The translations under genes and the position numbers were made by a program. A DNA stretch of 64,000 nucleotides from an uncultured Alphaproteobacteria bacterium (GTDB lineage: Bacteria > Pseudomonadota > Alphaproteobacteria > SP197): the NCBI GenBank assembly GCA_938048755.1, contig CALIUG010000081.1, positions 271 to 64,270 on the forward strand, read 5' to 3'. Below are positions 9,460-19,889 of the stretch, one piece after another; position 1 is the stretch's first letter, and the number at the start of each line of letters is the position of its first letter. Under the pieces are notes generated by a model. That model saw only the letters and a program-made list of their open reading frames with translations, was not told the DNA's origin and did no database searches.

Positions 9460-10152
9460 ATGCGCGAAATCGTTCTTGATACCGAAACCACGGGCCTTGA
9501 CGTCCTCAACGGCCATCGCCTGGTCGAGATCGGCTGTGTGGAGCTCGTCAACCTGGTGCCAACGGGTGTGACCTGGCAGTGCTATCTCAATCCGCAACGC
9601 GCGAACGAGCTGGAAGCCTTTAACGTCCACGGGCTGTCGGATGTGTTTCTGGCCAAGCAGCCGCTGTTCCGCGACAAGGCCGAGGAGTTTGTCGACTTCA
9701 TCGCCGACAGCATGCTGATCATCCACAATGCCGAGTTCGACCTGAAGTTCCTCAACAACGAACTCAAGCAGATTGGCATGGACACCATCCGTGGTGAGCG
9801 GGTGACCGATTCGCTGGCCCTTGCCCGCACGATCTATCCGGGCCAGGCCAACAGCCTGGATGCCCTGATGAAACGTCTTGGTGTCGATGCTTCGGCGCGG
9901 ACACGCCATGGCGCGCTGCTCGATGCCGAATTGCTGGCCCAGGTCTATCTGGAACTGCGTGGCGGCCGCCAGGCCGACCTTGCCCTTGCCCCTGAAAAGA
10001 ACGAGGCGACGTTCCAGGCAGGCGGGGCCGAAACCAGCCGCGAACATCGCGAGGCCCGGCCCCACGATGCCACCGAAGAGGAAATCGCCCGCCACGAGGC
10101 CTTCCTCGACAGCCTGGATGACACCATCTGGCGCCGCTTCACCGCCGGCTGA
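9460..10152 (+). CDS. dnaQ: DNA polymerase III epsilon subunit
   Basis: LDTETTG, IHNAEFD, HGALLDAELLAQVY, GGRQ clamp-binding region. Confidence 0.97.
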   Translation: MREIVLDTETTGLDVLNGHRLVEIGCVELVNLVPTGVTWQCYLNPQRANELEAFNVHGLSDVFLAKQPLFRDKAEEFVDFIADSMLIIHNAEFDLKFLNNELKQIGMDTIRGERVTDSLALARTIYPGQANSLDALMKRLGVDASARTRHGALLDAELLAQVYLELRGGRQADLALAPEKNEATFQAGGAETSREHREARPHDATEEEIARHEAFLDSLDDTIWRRFTAG

Positions 10153-10174
10153 TTGTTCCTGTTCTGAAGGACGA

Positions 10175-11155
10175 TCAGGGAATGATCACGGTTGACCCCA
10201 CGGTGCGCCTTCTTTCCAGGGCTTCATGGGCTTCGACGATGTCGGCCAGCCGGAAGGTCTGGCCGATCGTGATGCGGATCTTGCCCGAGGTGATCATCGA
10301 AAGCGCACGATCGGCACTGGAAACCAGTTCCTGGCGCGTCGCTGTGTAGTCGTGCATGTCGGGGCGGGTGATGAAAGCCGATCCGTGCTGGGCCAGAAGA
10401 CGCGGCTGGAACGGCGGCGGCTCACCCGATGACTGGCCGAACGAGACCAGCATGCCCAGGCGCGCGAGGCAATCAAGACTGTCTTCGAATGTGTCCTTGC
10501 CGATGGAATCATAGACCACGGGAACGCCTGCACCCTTGGTCTCTTCCATGACCCGTTCGACCAGATTGTCCTGACCCAGGATCAGTGGAACATCGCAACC
10601 GTTCTGGCGCGCCAGTTCGGCCTTCGCAGTCGTGGAGACCGTACCGATGATACGTGCGCCCAATGCCTGGGCCCACTGACACGCGATCAGGCCGACACCA
10701 CCTGCCGCGGCGTGAAACAGGATTGTCTGGCCGCGCCGCACCTTGAAGCATCGCTCCAGCAGGTATTCGACGGTCATCGCCTTGGTCATGGCGGCCGCGG
10801 CGACCTTGTCGTCCATGCCCTCGGGCAGCACCACAAGCTGCCCGGCATCGGCGATCATGGCCTGAGCATAGTTGCCCGGACCGGCAAGAACCGCGACGCG
10901 GTCGCCGACCTTGATGTCGTGCACATCCTCGCCGATGGCTTCGACAACACCGGCGGATTCGCAGCCCAGCGGAGCAGGCAGATCGACGGGATAGAGCCCT
11001 GTGCGCTCATAGACATCATAGAAATTGAGCGCGATGGCGGTGTTGCGCACTAAGGCCTGACCGGGCCCGGGATCGCCCAGGGCAACCTGCTCGAGTTGCA
11101 TGACCTCGGGCCCGCCATAGTGATGCACGCGTACGGCGGTGACCGTGTTGCTCAT
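10175..11155 (-). CDS. qor: NADPH:quinone oxidoreductase (zeta-crystallin/Qor family), copy 2
   Basis: GLYP, HAAAGGVG, GVPVVYDSIGKDTF, FGQSSG. Confidence 0.9.
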   Translation of the reverse strand: MSNTVTAVRVHHYGGPEVMQLEQVALGDPGPGQALVRNTAIALNFYDVYERTGLYPVDLPAPLGCESAGVVEAIGEDVHDIKVGDRVAVLAGPGNYAQAMIADAGQLVVLPEGMDDKVAAAAMTKAMTVEYLLERCFKVRRGQTILFHAAAGGVGLIACQWAQALGARIIGTVSTTAKAELARQNGCDVPLILGQDNLVERVMEETKGAGVPVVYDSIGKDTFEDSLDCLARLGMLVSFGQSSGEPPPFQPRLLAQHGSAFITRPDMHDYTATRQELVSSADRALSMITSGKIRITIGQTFRLADIVEAHEALERRRTVGSTVIIP

Positions 11156-12123
11156 GGTATCAGCACCGTGGAACCGGTCGTCCGGCGTCCTTCAAGATCG
11201 CGATGGGCCTGTTCCGTCTCGGTGAGCGGATAGGTCTGGTTGACGTTGATCGCGACCTTGCCGGAACCCACCATGTTGAACAGGCGCTGGGTCGAAAGCT
11301 CCAGATCCTCGCGTGTGGCGGTGTAGTTGGCGAGGCTTGGCCGGGTGTAGAAAAGCGATCCGCCCGCCGCCAGTCTGGCGGGATTGAAACTGGTGACCGG
11401 GCCTGACGACTGGCCGAACGAAACCATCATGCCGCGGGTTGCGAGCGAGGCCAGGGAGGCCTCGAAAGTATCGGCGCCAACGGAGTCATAGACCACGGGC
11501 ACGCCCTTGCCGTCGGTCAGGTCCTTCACCCGCGCGGCAATGTCGTCACGACCCGTGATCAGCGCATGATCGCAGCCATGGGCCATCGCCAGTTCAGCCT
11601 TTTCGTCCGTGGACACGGTGCCGATCACCGTGGCCCCGATCGACTTGGCCCACTGGCAGGCGATCAGACCGACACCGCCTGCTGCTGCGTGAAACAGGAT
11701 GGTCTGTCCGGCCACGACCGGGAAGGTGCGGCACAGCAGGTACTCCACCGTCATGCCTTTCAGCATCATGGCGGCAGCGGTCTCGTCGTCGACGGATTCG
11801 GGAATCTTCACCACCTTGTCGGCAGGGATCGTGCGCGCCGTGCAATAGGCCCTCCCGGCCATGGCGTAAGCGATCCGGTCGCCAGGCTCGAGCCCGGCCA
11901 CGCCGTCACCCAGGGCCTCGACCACCCCGGCGGCCTCCATGCCCAGCGTCGCGGGCAGGTCCATGGGGTAGAGACCCGAACGCTGGTAGATGTCGATGAA
12001 GTTGAGGCCCACCGCGGTGTGGCGGATCAGCACCTCACCGGGTGCGGGATCGTTGACGTCGATGTCTTCGACCTTGAGCTGTTCAGGCCCGCCCGCTTCA
12101 TGAATGCGGATCGCTGTTGCCAT
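11152..12123 (-). CDS. qor: NADPH:quinone oxidoreductase (zeta-crystallin/Qor family), copy 1
   Basis: GLNFIDIYQRSGLYP, HAAAGGVG, GVPVVYDSVG, TTGSTVLIP. Confidence 0.92.
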   Translation of the reverse strand: MATAIRIHEAGGPEQLKVEDIDVNDPAPGEVLIRHTAVGLNFIDIYQRSGLYPMDLPATLGMEAAGVVEALGDGVAGLEPGDRIAYAMAGRAYCTARTIPADKVVKIPESVDDETAAAMMLKGMTVEYLLCRTFPVVAGQTILFHAAAGGVGLIACQWAKSIGATVIGTVSTDEKAELAMAHGCDHALITGRDDIAARVKDLTDGKGVPVVYDSVGADTFEASLASLATRGMMVSFGQSSGPVTSFNPARLAAGGSLFYTRPSLANYTATREDLELSTQRLFNMVGSGKVAINVNQTYPLTETEQAHRDLEGRRTTGSTVLIP

Positions 12124-12212
12124 GATGTGTCCTCCAGTTCGCGTGCCTGGAGTCTGCACTGCCGGATGTCATTTGAACCAGTCTTGAATGTGGCAGGCCG
12201 CGTACCGTTGGT

Positions 12213-14255
12213 TCAGGTTTTTTTCGGATCCAGCAGATTCACCAGCGCATCCGCACTGCTCACCGGCAACGAACAGACGGGGCCTTCGCAGACATAGGCG
12301 GTGGCGGAACCGTCGATCTGGCCCTTGCCGGCGGCGGGATGGCCAGCGGGCAGGGATTCCCCGGGAGCGATGACCGACACGACCGTATCCTGGCGTCCGG
12401 CCTTCCAGACCTCGGCCAGAAGCGCTTCGGTCGCGGGATCGCCACGTTCGCCAATGATCGCGATCTGCACGGCATGATTGAGTAGATCGAGATTGCTGAT
12501 CAGGACGGCATGGGCCAGCGGATTAGCCAGGATATCCGATGAAAACGTTGCAGCAATGGCTTCTGCGCGATCCCGAAAGCCGGTTTCTCCAGTCAAATGC
12601 CACAACCGGGCGTTGACACCCACCATGGTTCCGTTGCCTGATGGGGTGGCATTGTCGAGCGCGGTTTTGGTGCGCACGATCAGCGCTTCGGCATGATCGG
12701 CGGTAAAGAAGTAACCCCCGGCCTGATCGTCCCAGTAGTGGGTGTCAGCCGTGGCGACCCAGGTCCTGGCATGGTCAAGGAGGCCGGCATCGCCGGTGAT
12801 TTCGAGCAGGGCGAGCGCGGCATCGGCCATGTGGCTGTAGTCGTCGATCATGGCGACGTCGAGCACGCGGCAGTCGCGCGCGCTGTGTTTCAGGCGCGGA
12901 CCGTCGGTCATGGTGGCGACGATGTGGTCAAAGGCCTGCCGCGCTTGTGTGATCCAGGTGTCCTGGCCAAAGGCAGCGCCGGCGCGGGCCAGGGCGCGGA
13001 TCATCAGGCCGTTCCAGTCCGCCAGCACCTTGTCGTCCAGGCCCGGGCGGGGGCGGGGCGCACGGATCTCCAGCAGCTTTGCGCGTGACACGGCAAGCCT
13101 GGCTTCGATCTCGGGCTCTGGCTCACCCGTGGCAAGACGGTTCAGGATGGTCTTGCCTTCCCAGTTGCCCTCGGGCGTGACGCCGTAATGATTCTTGAAG
13201 AGCGCGGCATCCTCGCCCAGCGCATCATCAATCTGCGCTTCGGACCAGACATAAAACGCGCCCTCTTCACTGTGTCCGGTCCCATCATCGGAATCGGCAT
13301 CCAGGCTGGAGCACAACGCACTCTCAGCTGTCATCATCTCGCGCTGCAGCCAGGTCACGGTTTCGGCCACACGGCGCCGGTAGAGATCATGGCCGGTGCC
13401 CAGCCACAGGCGGGTGTAGTGCTCGATTAACTGGCTGTTGTCGTAGAGCATCTTCTCGAAATGCGGCACCAGCCAGATCTCGTCCACCGAGTAGCGCGCC
13501 CAGCCGCCGCCCAGATGGTCATAGATTCCGCCCTCGGCCATGGCATCGGCGCTGGTCAGCACGGCACGCCCGAAGCTGTCGCCGCGGCCCTTGCGATGGG
13601 CGCGCCAGAGCAGATCGAGATCGGGCACATGGGGGAACTTCGGGGCCTGGCCGATGCCGCCATAACGCATGTCGACAACCTGCATCAGCTTGTCAGCGCA
13701 GACGTCGGCCAGATCGGCGGGCAGGGTGCCACCGCCCTGTTTGGCTGAGAGTTTGGTGAGCGCCTCCTGCAGCGCCATCCGGTTCTGGTCGATCTTTTCC
13801 TTGCCGTTGCGGAACGTGTCTTCCACGGCAACCAGAACGTCGGTGAATCCGGGACGCCCGTATTTCGGCGTGCCGGGGAAGTAGGTGCCGCCCCAGAAGG
13901 GTTCGCCATCGGGCGTCAGGAACATGGTGAGCGGCCAGCCGCCCTGCTGGCCCAGCAGCTGCAATGCGGTCTGATAGATTGTGTCGATGTCGGGGCGTTC
14001 CTCGCGGTCGACCTTGATGTTGACGAAGAGGTCGTTCATCACATCGGCGATCGCGGAGTTTTCAAAGCTCTCATGGGCCATCACATGGCACCAGTGACAG
14101 GCGGCATAACCGACCGAAAGCAGGATCGGTTTGTCCTGCGCCTTGGCATGGGCCAGGGTTTCTGCGCCCCAGGGCTGCCAGTGCACCGGATTGTCCCGGT
14201 GCTGGTGGAGATAGGGACTGGTCTCCTGGTCGAGATTGTTACGCTGAAAATCCAT
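12213..14255 (-). CDS. Thioredoxin-domain protein, YyaL/SPATA20 family
   Basis: [57 protein letters not shown]; ATG at 14255. Confidence 0.93.
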   Translation of the reverse strand: MDFQRNNLDQETSPYLHQHRDNPVHWQPWGAETLAHAKAQDKPILLSVGYAACHWCHVMAHESFENSAIADVMNDLFVNIKVDREERPDIDTIYQTALQLLGQQGGWPLTMFLTPDGEPFWGGTYFPGTPKYGRPGFTDVLVAVEDTFRNGKEKIDQNRMALQEALTKLSAKQGGGTLPADLADVCADKLMQVVDMRYGGIGQAPKFPHVPDLDLLWRAHRKGRGDSFGRAVLTSADAMAEGGIYDHLGGGWARYSVDEIWLVPHFEKMLYDNSQLIEHYTRLWLGTGHDLYRRRVAETVTWLQREMMTAESALCSSLDADSDDGTGHSEEGAFYVWSEAQIDDALGEDAALFKNHYGVTPEGNWEGKTILNRLATGEPEPEIEARLAVSRAKLLEIRAPRPRPGLDDKVLADWNGLMIRALARAGAAFGQDTWITQARQAFDHIVATMTDGPRLKHSARDCRVLDVAMIDDYSHMADAALALLEITGDAGLLDHARTWVATADTHYWDDQAGGYFFTADHAEALIVRTKTALDNATPSGNGTMVGVNARLWHLTGETGFRDRAEAIAATFSSDILANPLAHAVLISNLDLLNHAVQIAIIGERGDPATEALLAEVWKAGRQDTVVSVIAPGESLPAGHPAAGKGQIDGSATAYVCEGPVCSLPVSSADALVNLLDPKKT

Positions 14256-14366
14256 GCAGGAAACCGCCGGGCGTTGCGTTAATGGGGACAGAGCCCGTAA
14301 CGTGGCTGTCGGACCCGATCTTCGCAACCCAACGCAGAGTAGGGTTTTGGGCCAGGGAGAGCAGAT

Positions 14367-14606
14367 ATGAAAATCACCATCGAAGTCGATTGTACGCCCG
14401 AGGAGGCCCGTGCCTTCATGGGCATGCCCGATGTCCGCCCCATGCAGGACGAAATCATGGCCGACATGAAGGAACGCATGACCGAAGCCGCAAAGAACTT
14501 CGAGCCCGAAGCCGCGCTGAAGGCCTGGATGGGTGCTTCCGGTGACGGCATGGAGCAGATGATGCGCTTCTGGCAGCAACTTGGTCAGGGAAAGGACAAG
14601 GCGTGA
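14367..14606 (+). CDS. Small conserved alphaproteobacterial protein (DUF6489-like)
   Basis: MKITIEVDCTPEEARAFMGMPDV signature; GGAG RBS. Confidence 0.85.
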   Translation: MKITIEVDCTPEEARAFMGMPDVRPMQDEIMADMKERMTEAAKNFEPEAALKAWMGASGDGMEQMMRFWQQLGQGKDKA

Positions 14607-14941
14607 GCGATCCCGCTCCCTATTACACGCGCCACGTCTTCTGCTGCACCAACGAGCGGGCAGAAGGCCATCCGCGCGGCTGCTGCAAGGCCCGCAATGC
14701 CGAGGCTCTGCGCAATCACCTGAAAGCCCGCACCAAGGAACTGGGCATTCCCGGCGTCCGCATCAATGCCGCGGGTTGCCTGGATCGGTGCGAACTGGGC
14801 CCGACCATGGTGATCTATCCCGAAGGGGTCTGGTATCGTTACGAGACCGAGCAGGACGTGGAAGAGATCCTGCGCATCCACATCGCCGGCAACGGCCGCG
14901 TCGAACGCCTGATGCTCCAACCCGAAGATGGCCCCAAGTGA
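14603..14941 (+). CDS. Thioredoxin-like [2Fe-2S] ferredoxin
   Basis: HVFCCTN..HPRGCC, RINAAGCLDRCELGP, YPEGVWY. Confidence 0.92.
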   Translation: MSDPAPYYTRHVFCCTNERAEGHPRGCCKARNAEALRNHLKARTKELGIPGVRINAAGCLDRCELGPTMVIYPEGVWYRYETEQDVEEILRIHIAGNGRVERLMLQPEDGPK

Positions 14942-14947
14942 TCCTGC

Positions 14948-14972
14948 CACCGGCTTTGCGAAGCCGGTGTTT
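14948..14972 (+). terminator. Hairpin after the ferredoxin gene, overlapping parS1
   Basis: CACCGGCTT-TGCG-AAGCCGGTG followed by TTT (short U tail). Confidence 0.5.
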
Positions 14973-14983
14973 CACGTGAAACA
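14968..14983. promoter_or_regulatory. parS site 1 (upstream of mnmE)
   Basis: Perfect TGTTTCACGTGAAACA palindrome. Confidence 0.95.
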
Positions 14984-14992
14984 CATGCCGTC

Positions 14993-16300
14993 ATGACGAT
15001 CTTTGCCCTCTCTTCCGCGCCAGGCCGCGCGGCTTTGGCCGTGATCCGGGTTTCGGGACCGGCTGCCGGGGATGCCGTGCGTGCCCTGACGGGAAGGGAC
15101 ACCCCGAGTCCGCGAACTGCAGCGCTGCGGCGCATTACGGAGCCCGAAAGTGGCGACCTGATCGACGAGGCCCTGATCCTGTGGTTCCAGGGACCTGCCA
15201 GTGAGACCGGCGAGGACATGGCGGAGTTTCAGGTCCATGGCGGGCGCGCCGTGGTGCAGGGGGTCCTGGACGCGCTTGCCCGGTTGCCGGGGCTGCGTCC
15301 TGCTGAACCCGGTGAATTCACCCGTCGCGCTGTGCTCAACAGCAAGCTTGATCTCACGGCGGCAGAAGCCGTCGCGGATCTGGTCGAGGCCGATACCAGC
15401 CGTCAGCGCGATCAGGCACTGGCCCAGATGCAGGGCGCGCTGGCGCTGGCCTATGACGGTTGGCGGGATCGTCTGGTTGCGCTGATGGCCAGGCTCGAGG
15501 CCGTGATCGACTTTTCCGATGAAGAACTGCCCGATGATGTGACGACCGGCCTGATGGATGCGGTCGGGACGCTCCGCACGGAAATCCTGGCCTATCTGGA
15601 CGATGACCGGCGCGGCGAACGTCTGCGTGAAGGCCTGCATATCGTGATCCTGGGGGCTCCCAATGTCGGGAAATCGAGCCTGTTGAACCGCCTGGCACGC
15701 CGGGAGGCAGCGATTGTCTCGTCGGAGGCCGGTACGACCCGCGATGTCGTCGAGGTGACGCTCGATCTCGCCGGTTTTGCCGTGACCCTGGCCGACACGG
15801 CGGGATTGCGCACGGATGCCGGTGCTGTGGAGCGCGAAGGCATGCGCCGTGCGCTGGATCGCGCGCGTGATGCCGATCTGAAGCTGGCGCTGGTGGATGC
15901 CGCGCGTTGGGACAAGACCTGGGCCGCCGTGAGGGATCAGGTGGATGACAGCACCATCGTTGTTGCCAACAAGTCCGACCTTGACCCTGTTTCACGTGAA
16001 ACATCGTCGCTGGCGGTTTCCTGCACCACAGGCGAAGGCCTGGACGACCTGGTAGCCCTGTTGTCACAGCGCATCCGGGAGTCCTGGGACGGCGCGCTTG
16101 CCGGACCCACGCGGGAGCGGCACAGGGCCGGACTGGAACAGGCTGCGGCCGCACTGGAACGCGCTCAACATGGGGAAGAGGCGGCCCTGGTTGCCGAGGA
16201 TCTGCGTCTGGCCGCGACGGCGCTAGGCCGGATCACGGGCAGGGTTGATGTCGAGGACCTGCTGGATGTGATCTTTTCGGAGTTCTGCATCGGAAAATAG
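14993..16300 (+). CDS. mnmE: tRNA modification GTPase MnmE
   Basis: TIFALSS, GEDMAEFQVHGG, GAPNVGKSS, GTTRD, DTAG, NKSD, FCIGK C-terminus. Confidence 0.98.
   Translation: MTIFALSSAPGRAALAVIRVSGPAAGDAVRALTGRDTPSPRTAALRRITEPESGDLIDEALILWFQGPASETGEDMAEFQVHGGRAVVQGVLDALARLPGLRPAEPGEFTRRAVLNSKLDLTAAEAVADLVEADTSRQRDQALAQMQGALALAYDGWRDRLVALMARLEAVIDFSDEELPDDVTTGLMDAVGTLRTEILAYLDDDRRGERLREGLHIVILGAPNVGKSSLLNRLARREAAIVSSEAGTTRDVVEVTLDLAGFAVTLADTAGLRTDAGAVEREGMRRALDRARDADLKLALVDAARWDKTWAAVRDQVDDSTIVVANKSDLDPVSRETSSLAVSCTTGEGLDDLVALLSQRIRESWDGALAGPTRERHRAGLEQAAAALERAQHGEEAALVAEDLRLAATALGRITGRVDVEDLLDVIFSEFCIGK
15988..16003. promoter_or_regulatory. parS site 2 (inside mnmE)
   Basis: Perfect TGTTTCACGTGAAACA, encodes VSRET. 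Confidence 0.93.
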
Positions 16301-16307
16301 ACCGGGG

Positions 16308-16323
16308 TGTTTCACGTGAAACA
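16308..16323. promoter_or_regulatory. parS site 3 (mnmE-mnmG intergenic)
   Basis: Perfect TGTTTCACGTGAAACA. Confidence 0.95.
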
Positions 16324-16532
16324 TCCTGATCGTCCGGAAACCCACTTGCTATCCCCCCGATTCCGGGATTTGTTCACTTGTGTTGACCATCGTTACGCCA
16401 GGTTGGGGTGCATGGGGTTGTCTTCGCGTTTTTCATCCAGCCCACCATCCCATCGCCTGATGGGCTGATAATCAGGAGAATCAGGGAGCCCGGCGCTGGA
16501 CCTTGACCCGCCGCGTCCCTACATTCCGCGCC

Positions 16533-18401
16533 ATGAACGTGAACACCACCTTTGATGTGATTGTGGTTGGCGGCGGCCATGCCGGTACAGAGGCCGCTGC
16601 TGCGTCTGCGCGTTGCGGTGCGGCGACCTGTCTGGTCACGCACAAGGCCGCGACCATCGGCGCGATGTCCTGTAATCCGGCCATTGGCGGACTGGGCAAG
16701 GGTCATCTGGTACGTGAGATCGATGCCCTGGACGGGCTGATGGGCCGCGCCATCGACCGTTCCGGTATCCAGTTCCGCATGCTCAACGCCAGCAAGGGTC
16801 CGGCCGTGCGGGGCCCACGAGCCCAGGCAGATCGTGTGCTCTATGCCGGCGCCATTCAGGAACTGCTCGCCGAACAGGATAATCTGGTGATCCTGGAAGG
16901 GGAGGCCGACGACGTTGTCCTTGATGATTCCGGTGCCATTGCCGGTCTTGGCCTGAGCGATGGCCGGAAGCTTGCCTGCCGCGCTGTCGTGGTCACAACG
17001 GGCACCTTCCTGCGTGGCATGGTCCATCTGGGTGAGGAAACCTGGGCGGCGGGCCGCATTGGCGATGCCCCCGCGGTAGGGCTGGCACACACCCTGGAGC
17101 GCCTGGCTTTTGCACTGGGGCGCCTGAAGACGGGCACGCCGCCGCGCCTGGACGGGCGCACTGTCGACTGGCAGGCCTGCAAGATTCAACCAGGTGATGC
17201 TCCACCGGTACCGTTTTCATCGCTGACCCAGACGATCACGGTGCCCCAGGTTCCCTGCTACATCACCCACACGACCGAGGCGACGCACGCTATCATTCGC
17301 GCGAACCTTGATCGTGCACCGATCTATTCCGGCCAGATCGACGGAACGGGACCGCGCTACTGTCCCTCCATCGAGGACAAGGTCGTTCGGTTTGCCGAAA
17401 AGCCCGGTCATCAGATCTTTCTGGAACCCGAGGGCATCACCACCGACACGGTCTATCCCAACGGCATCTCGACCTCGCTGCCACGCGATGTGCAGGACGC
17501 CCTTGTGGCGACCATTCCGGGCCTGGAGACCGCCGTGATCGAACAGCACGGCTACGCCATCGAATACGATTTTGTCGATCCGCGCGAGCTGCATCACACG
17601 CTGGAAACCCGCAGAATTCCTGGCCTTTATCTCGCTGGCCAGATCAACGGAACCACAGGTTACGAAGAGGCTGGCGGCCAGGGGCTCGTGGCGGGGCTGA
17701 ATGCTGCCCGGCGTGCCGGCGGCAGTGAAGCGGTCACCTTTGATCGTGCCGAAGCCTATCTGGGTGTGATGATCGACGATCTCGTAACCCGCGGTACGTC
17801 TGAGCCCTACCGCATGTTCACCAGCCGCGCCGAGTACCGCCTGATGTTGCGGGCCGACAACGCCGATCTGCGGCTGACGCCCAAGGGGCTTGCTGCGGGT
17901 TGTGTCGGGCCCGAGCGGCGTGCGGCCTTCGCCCGGCGTAAGGAAGCTGTTGAAAGCGCGCTGGCCGAGGCTGCTGGTCTCACGGTCTCGCCCGATGAGG
18001 CCTGCGCTGTGGGCATGGCGGTGAATCGTGACGGTCGTCGGCGCAGTCTGATCGACCTCTTTGCTTATCCAGATGCCACGCGCGAGCGCCTGTCATCCCT
18101 GTGGCCACAGATCGCCGGCTGGCCGGATCATGCGCTCGAGCAGGTCGAGATTGCAGGCCGTTATGCCGGTTACGTCCATCGCATGGAGGCTGATATCGCA
18201 ACCCTGCGACGGGATGAGGCCCTGCGCCTTCCAGCCGATCTGGACTTTGCCGTGATTGGCGGTCTGTCGACGGAAATGCGCGAGAAGCTGGCCGTCGCCA
18301 GGCCCGAGACGCTGGGGCAGGCGGCGCGCATTCCAGGCGTCACGCCGGCCGCTCTGCAGGCCCTGATGGCCCACGTACGTCGCAAGGCGGCCAGATTGTG
18401 A
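16533..18401 (+). CDS. mnmG: tRNA uridine-5-carboxymethylaminomethyl modification enzyme MnmG (GidA)
   Basis: [58 protein letters not shown]. Confidence 0.99.
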   Translation: MNVNTTFDVIVVGGGHAGTEAAAASARCGAATCLVTHKAATIGAMSCNPAIGGLGKGHLVREIDALDGLMGRAIDRSGIQFRMLNASKGPAVRGPRAQADRVLYAGAIQELLAEQDNLVILEGEADDVVLDDSGAIAGLGLSDGRKLACRAVVVTTGTFLRGMVHLGEETWAAGRIGDAPAVGLAHTLERLAFALGRLKTGTPPRLDGRTVDWQACKIQPGDAPPVPFSSLTQTITVPQVPCYITHTTEATHAIIRANLDRAPIYSGQIDGTGPRYCPSIEDKVVRFAEKPGHQIFLEPEGITTDTVYPNGISTSLPRDVQDALVATIPGLETAVIEQHGYAIEYDFVDPRELHHTLETRRIPGLYLAGQINGTTGYEEAGGQGLVAGLNAARRAGGSEAVTFDRAEAYLGVMIDDLVTRGTSEPYRMFTSRAEYRLMLRADNADLRLTPKGLAAGCVGPERRAAFARRKEAVESALAEAAGLTVSPDEACAVGMAVNRDGRRRSLIDLFAYPDATRERLSSLWPQIAGWPDHALEQVEIAGRYAGYVHRMEADIATLRRDEALRLPADLDFAVIGGLSTEMREKLAVARPETLGQAARIPGVTPAALQALMAHVRRKAARL

Positions 18402-19033
18402 GCAACCAGACCGAGGTTCTAAACGCCGAGACGGCCTGTGAACGGCTGGGTGTTTCACGTGAAACACGCGAGAAGCTGGAGGCCTATGTCGCCATTCTGC
18501 TGGAATGGCAGGGCCGCATGAACCTGATTGGGCCCAGCACGATCGACGATATCTGGAACCGTCACATCGTGGATTGCGCGCAACTGGCCCGTCTGGTGCC
18601 TCCTGGATGCCGGCGGCTGGTCGATCTTGGCAGTGGTGCGGGGCTACCGGGCCTTGTCTTTGCCATTCTGGGCGTGCCGGGCGTTGAACTGGTCGAGAGC
18701 GATCAGAAGAAGGCGGCTTTCCTTCATGCCGCCGCCGGCGCGGCGGGCGTCAGGCCGTTGATTCACACCTGCCGGGTCGAGGCGATGCCTCCCGAGCCCG
18801 CCGACGTGGTGACCGCCAGGGCGGTTGCACCCCTCGAACGGCTCGCTCCCATGGTCGCGCGTTTCATGACCGAGGGAAGCGTCGCAATTCTGCCCAAAGG
18901 CAGTTCGGTGGATGATGAGTTGAAAGCCGTAGCGCGTCAATGGCACCTGTGGTACAGTCGTCACACAAGTATGACAGACCCTCGTGGCTGTCTCCTCGTG
19001 ATCGACAGGTTGTACCATGACCCCCATCTCTGA
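18398..19033 (+). CDS. rsmG: 16S rRNA m7G527 methyltransferase RsmG (GidB)
   Basis: [33 protein letters not shown]. Confidence 0.96.
   Translation: MSNQTEVLNAETACERLGVSRETREKLEAYVAILLEWQGRMNLIGPSTIDDIWNRHIVDCAQLARLVPPGCRRLVDLGSGAGLPGLVFAILGVPGVELVESDQKKAAFLHAAAGAAGVRPLIHTCRVEAMPPEPADVVTARAVAPLERLAPMVARFMTEGSVAILPKGSSVDDELKAVARQWHLWYSRHTSMTDPRGCLLVIDRLYHDPHL
18451..18466. promoter_or_regulatory. parS site 4 (inside rsmG)
   Basis: Perfect TGTTTCACGTGAAACA, encodes VSRET. Confidence 0.93.
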
Positions 19034-19889
19034 CCCCACATATGCCAACCCCTTGTGTGATACAGATCGTCTGACACAAGAACTTGGGTATGACAATTCC
19101 CGAAAAATCATCGCGGTGGCGAACCAGAAAGGTGGCGTTGGTAAGACAACGACGACCATCAATCTGGCGACGGCGCTGGCTGCTGTTGGTCGGAAAATCC
19201 TGATCATCGACAGCGACTCCCAGGGCAATGCCAGCACCGGACTTGGTATTGCACCGTCAGACAGGCGTCAGACAACCTATGATCTTCTGACCCGGGGCGC
19301 TTCGGCGGTGGTGCCGATGGCAACCTCCATTCCCGGCCTCTCGATCATCCCTGCAACGGTCGACCTCTCGGGCGCCGAGATCGAACTGGTCGATATCCCC
19401 GACCGCCATGCCCTGCTCAAGACCGCGCTTGATGAACTCGCGGGTGACTATGATCTCGTCCTGATCGACTGTCCACCCGCCCTGGGCCTGCTGACCCTCA
19501 ACGCCCTGGTCGCTGCCGATGAGGTGCTGGTGCCCCTGCAGTGCGAGTTTTTCGCACTCGAGGGCCTCTCCATGTTGCTCAACACGGTCGAGCGGGTTTG
19601 CCAGGCCTACAATCCCGATCTCACGGTCTCGGGTATTGTTCTGACCATGTACGACAAGCGGAACCGTCTCTCGCGCGAGGTGGTCGATGACGTGCGTCGG
19701 GTCATGGGCGACAAGGTTTACCAGACCGTGATCCCGCGCAATGTCCGTGTCTCGGAGGCGCCCTCCTACGGTAAGCCTGTGATGTTACACGCTTTTCACA
19801 GCTCAGGTGCGCAGGCCTATGTCCATTTGGCCGGTGAAATGCTGCGCCGTGAAGCCGCCCAGCGCCATGTTCTGCAGGGAGCGGCCTGA
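19017..19889 (+). CDS. parA: Chromosome partition ATPase ParA (start uncertain)
   Basis: ANQKGGVGKTTT, D.QGNASTGLG, IDCPPALG, QCEFFALEG, IPRNVRVSEAPSYG. Confidence 0.97.
   Translation: MTPISDPTYANPLCDTDRLTQELGYDNSRKIIAVANQKGGVGKTTTTINLATALAAVGRKILIIDSDSQGNASTGLGIAPSDRRQTTYDLLTRGASAVVPMATSIPGLSIIPATVDLSGAEIELVDIPDRHALLKTALDELAGDYDLVLIDCPPALGLLTLNALVAADEVLVPLQCEFFALEGLSMLLNTVERVCQAYNPDLTVSGIVLTMYDKRNRLSREVVDDVRRVMGDKVYQTVIPRNVRVSEAPSYGKPVMLHAFHSSGAQAYVHLAGEMLRREAAQRHVLQGAA

Noticed and set aside
12213-14579. 788 aa version of the YyaL-like ORF
   Set aside because: The extension overlaps the divergent DUF6489-like gene; family homology begins at ATG 14255
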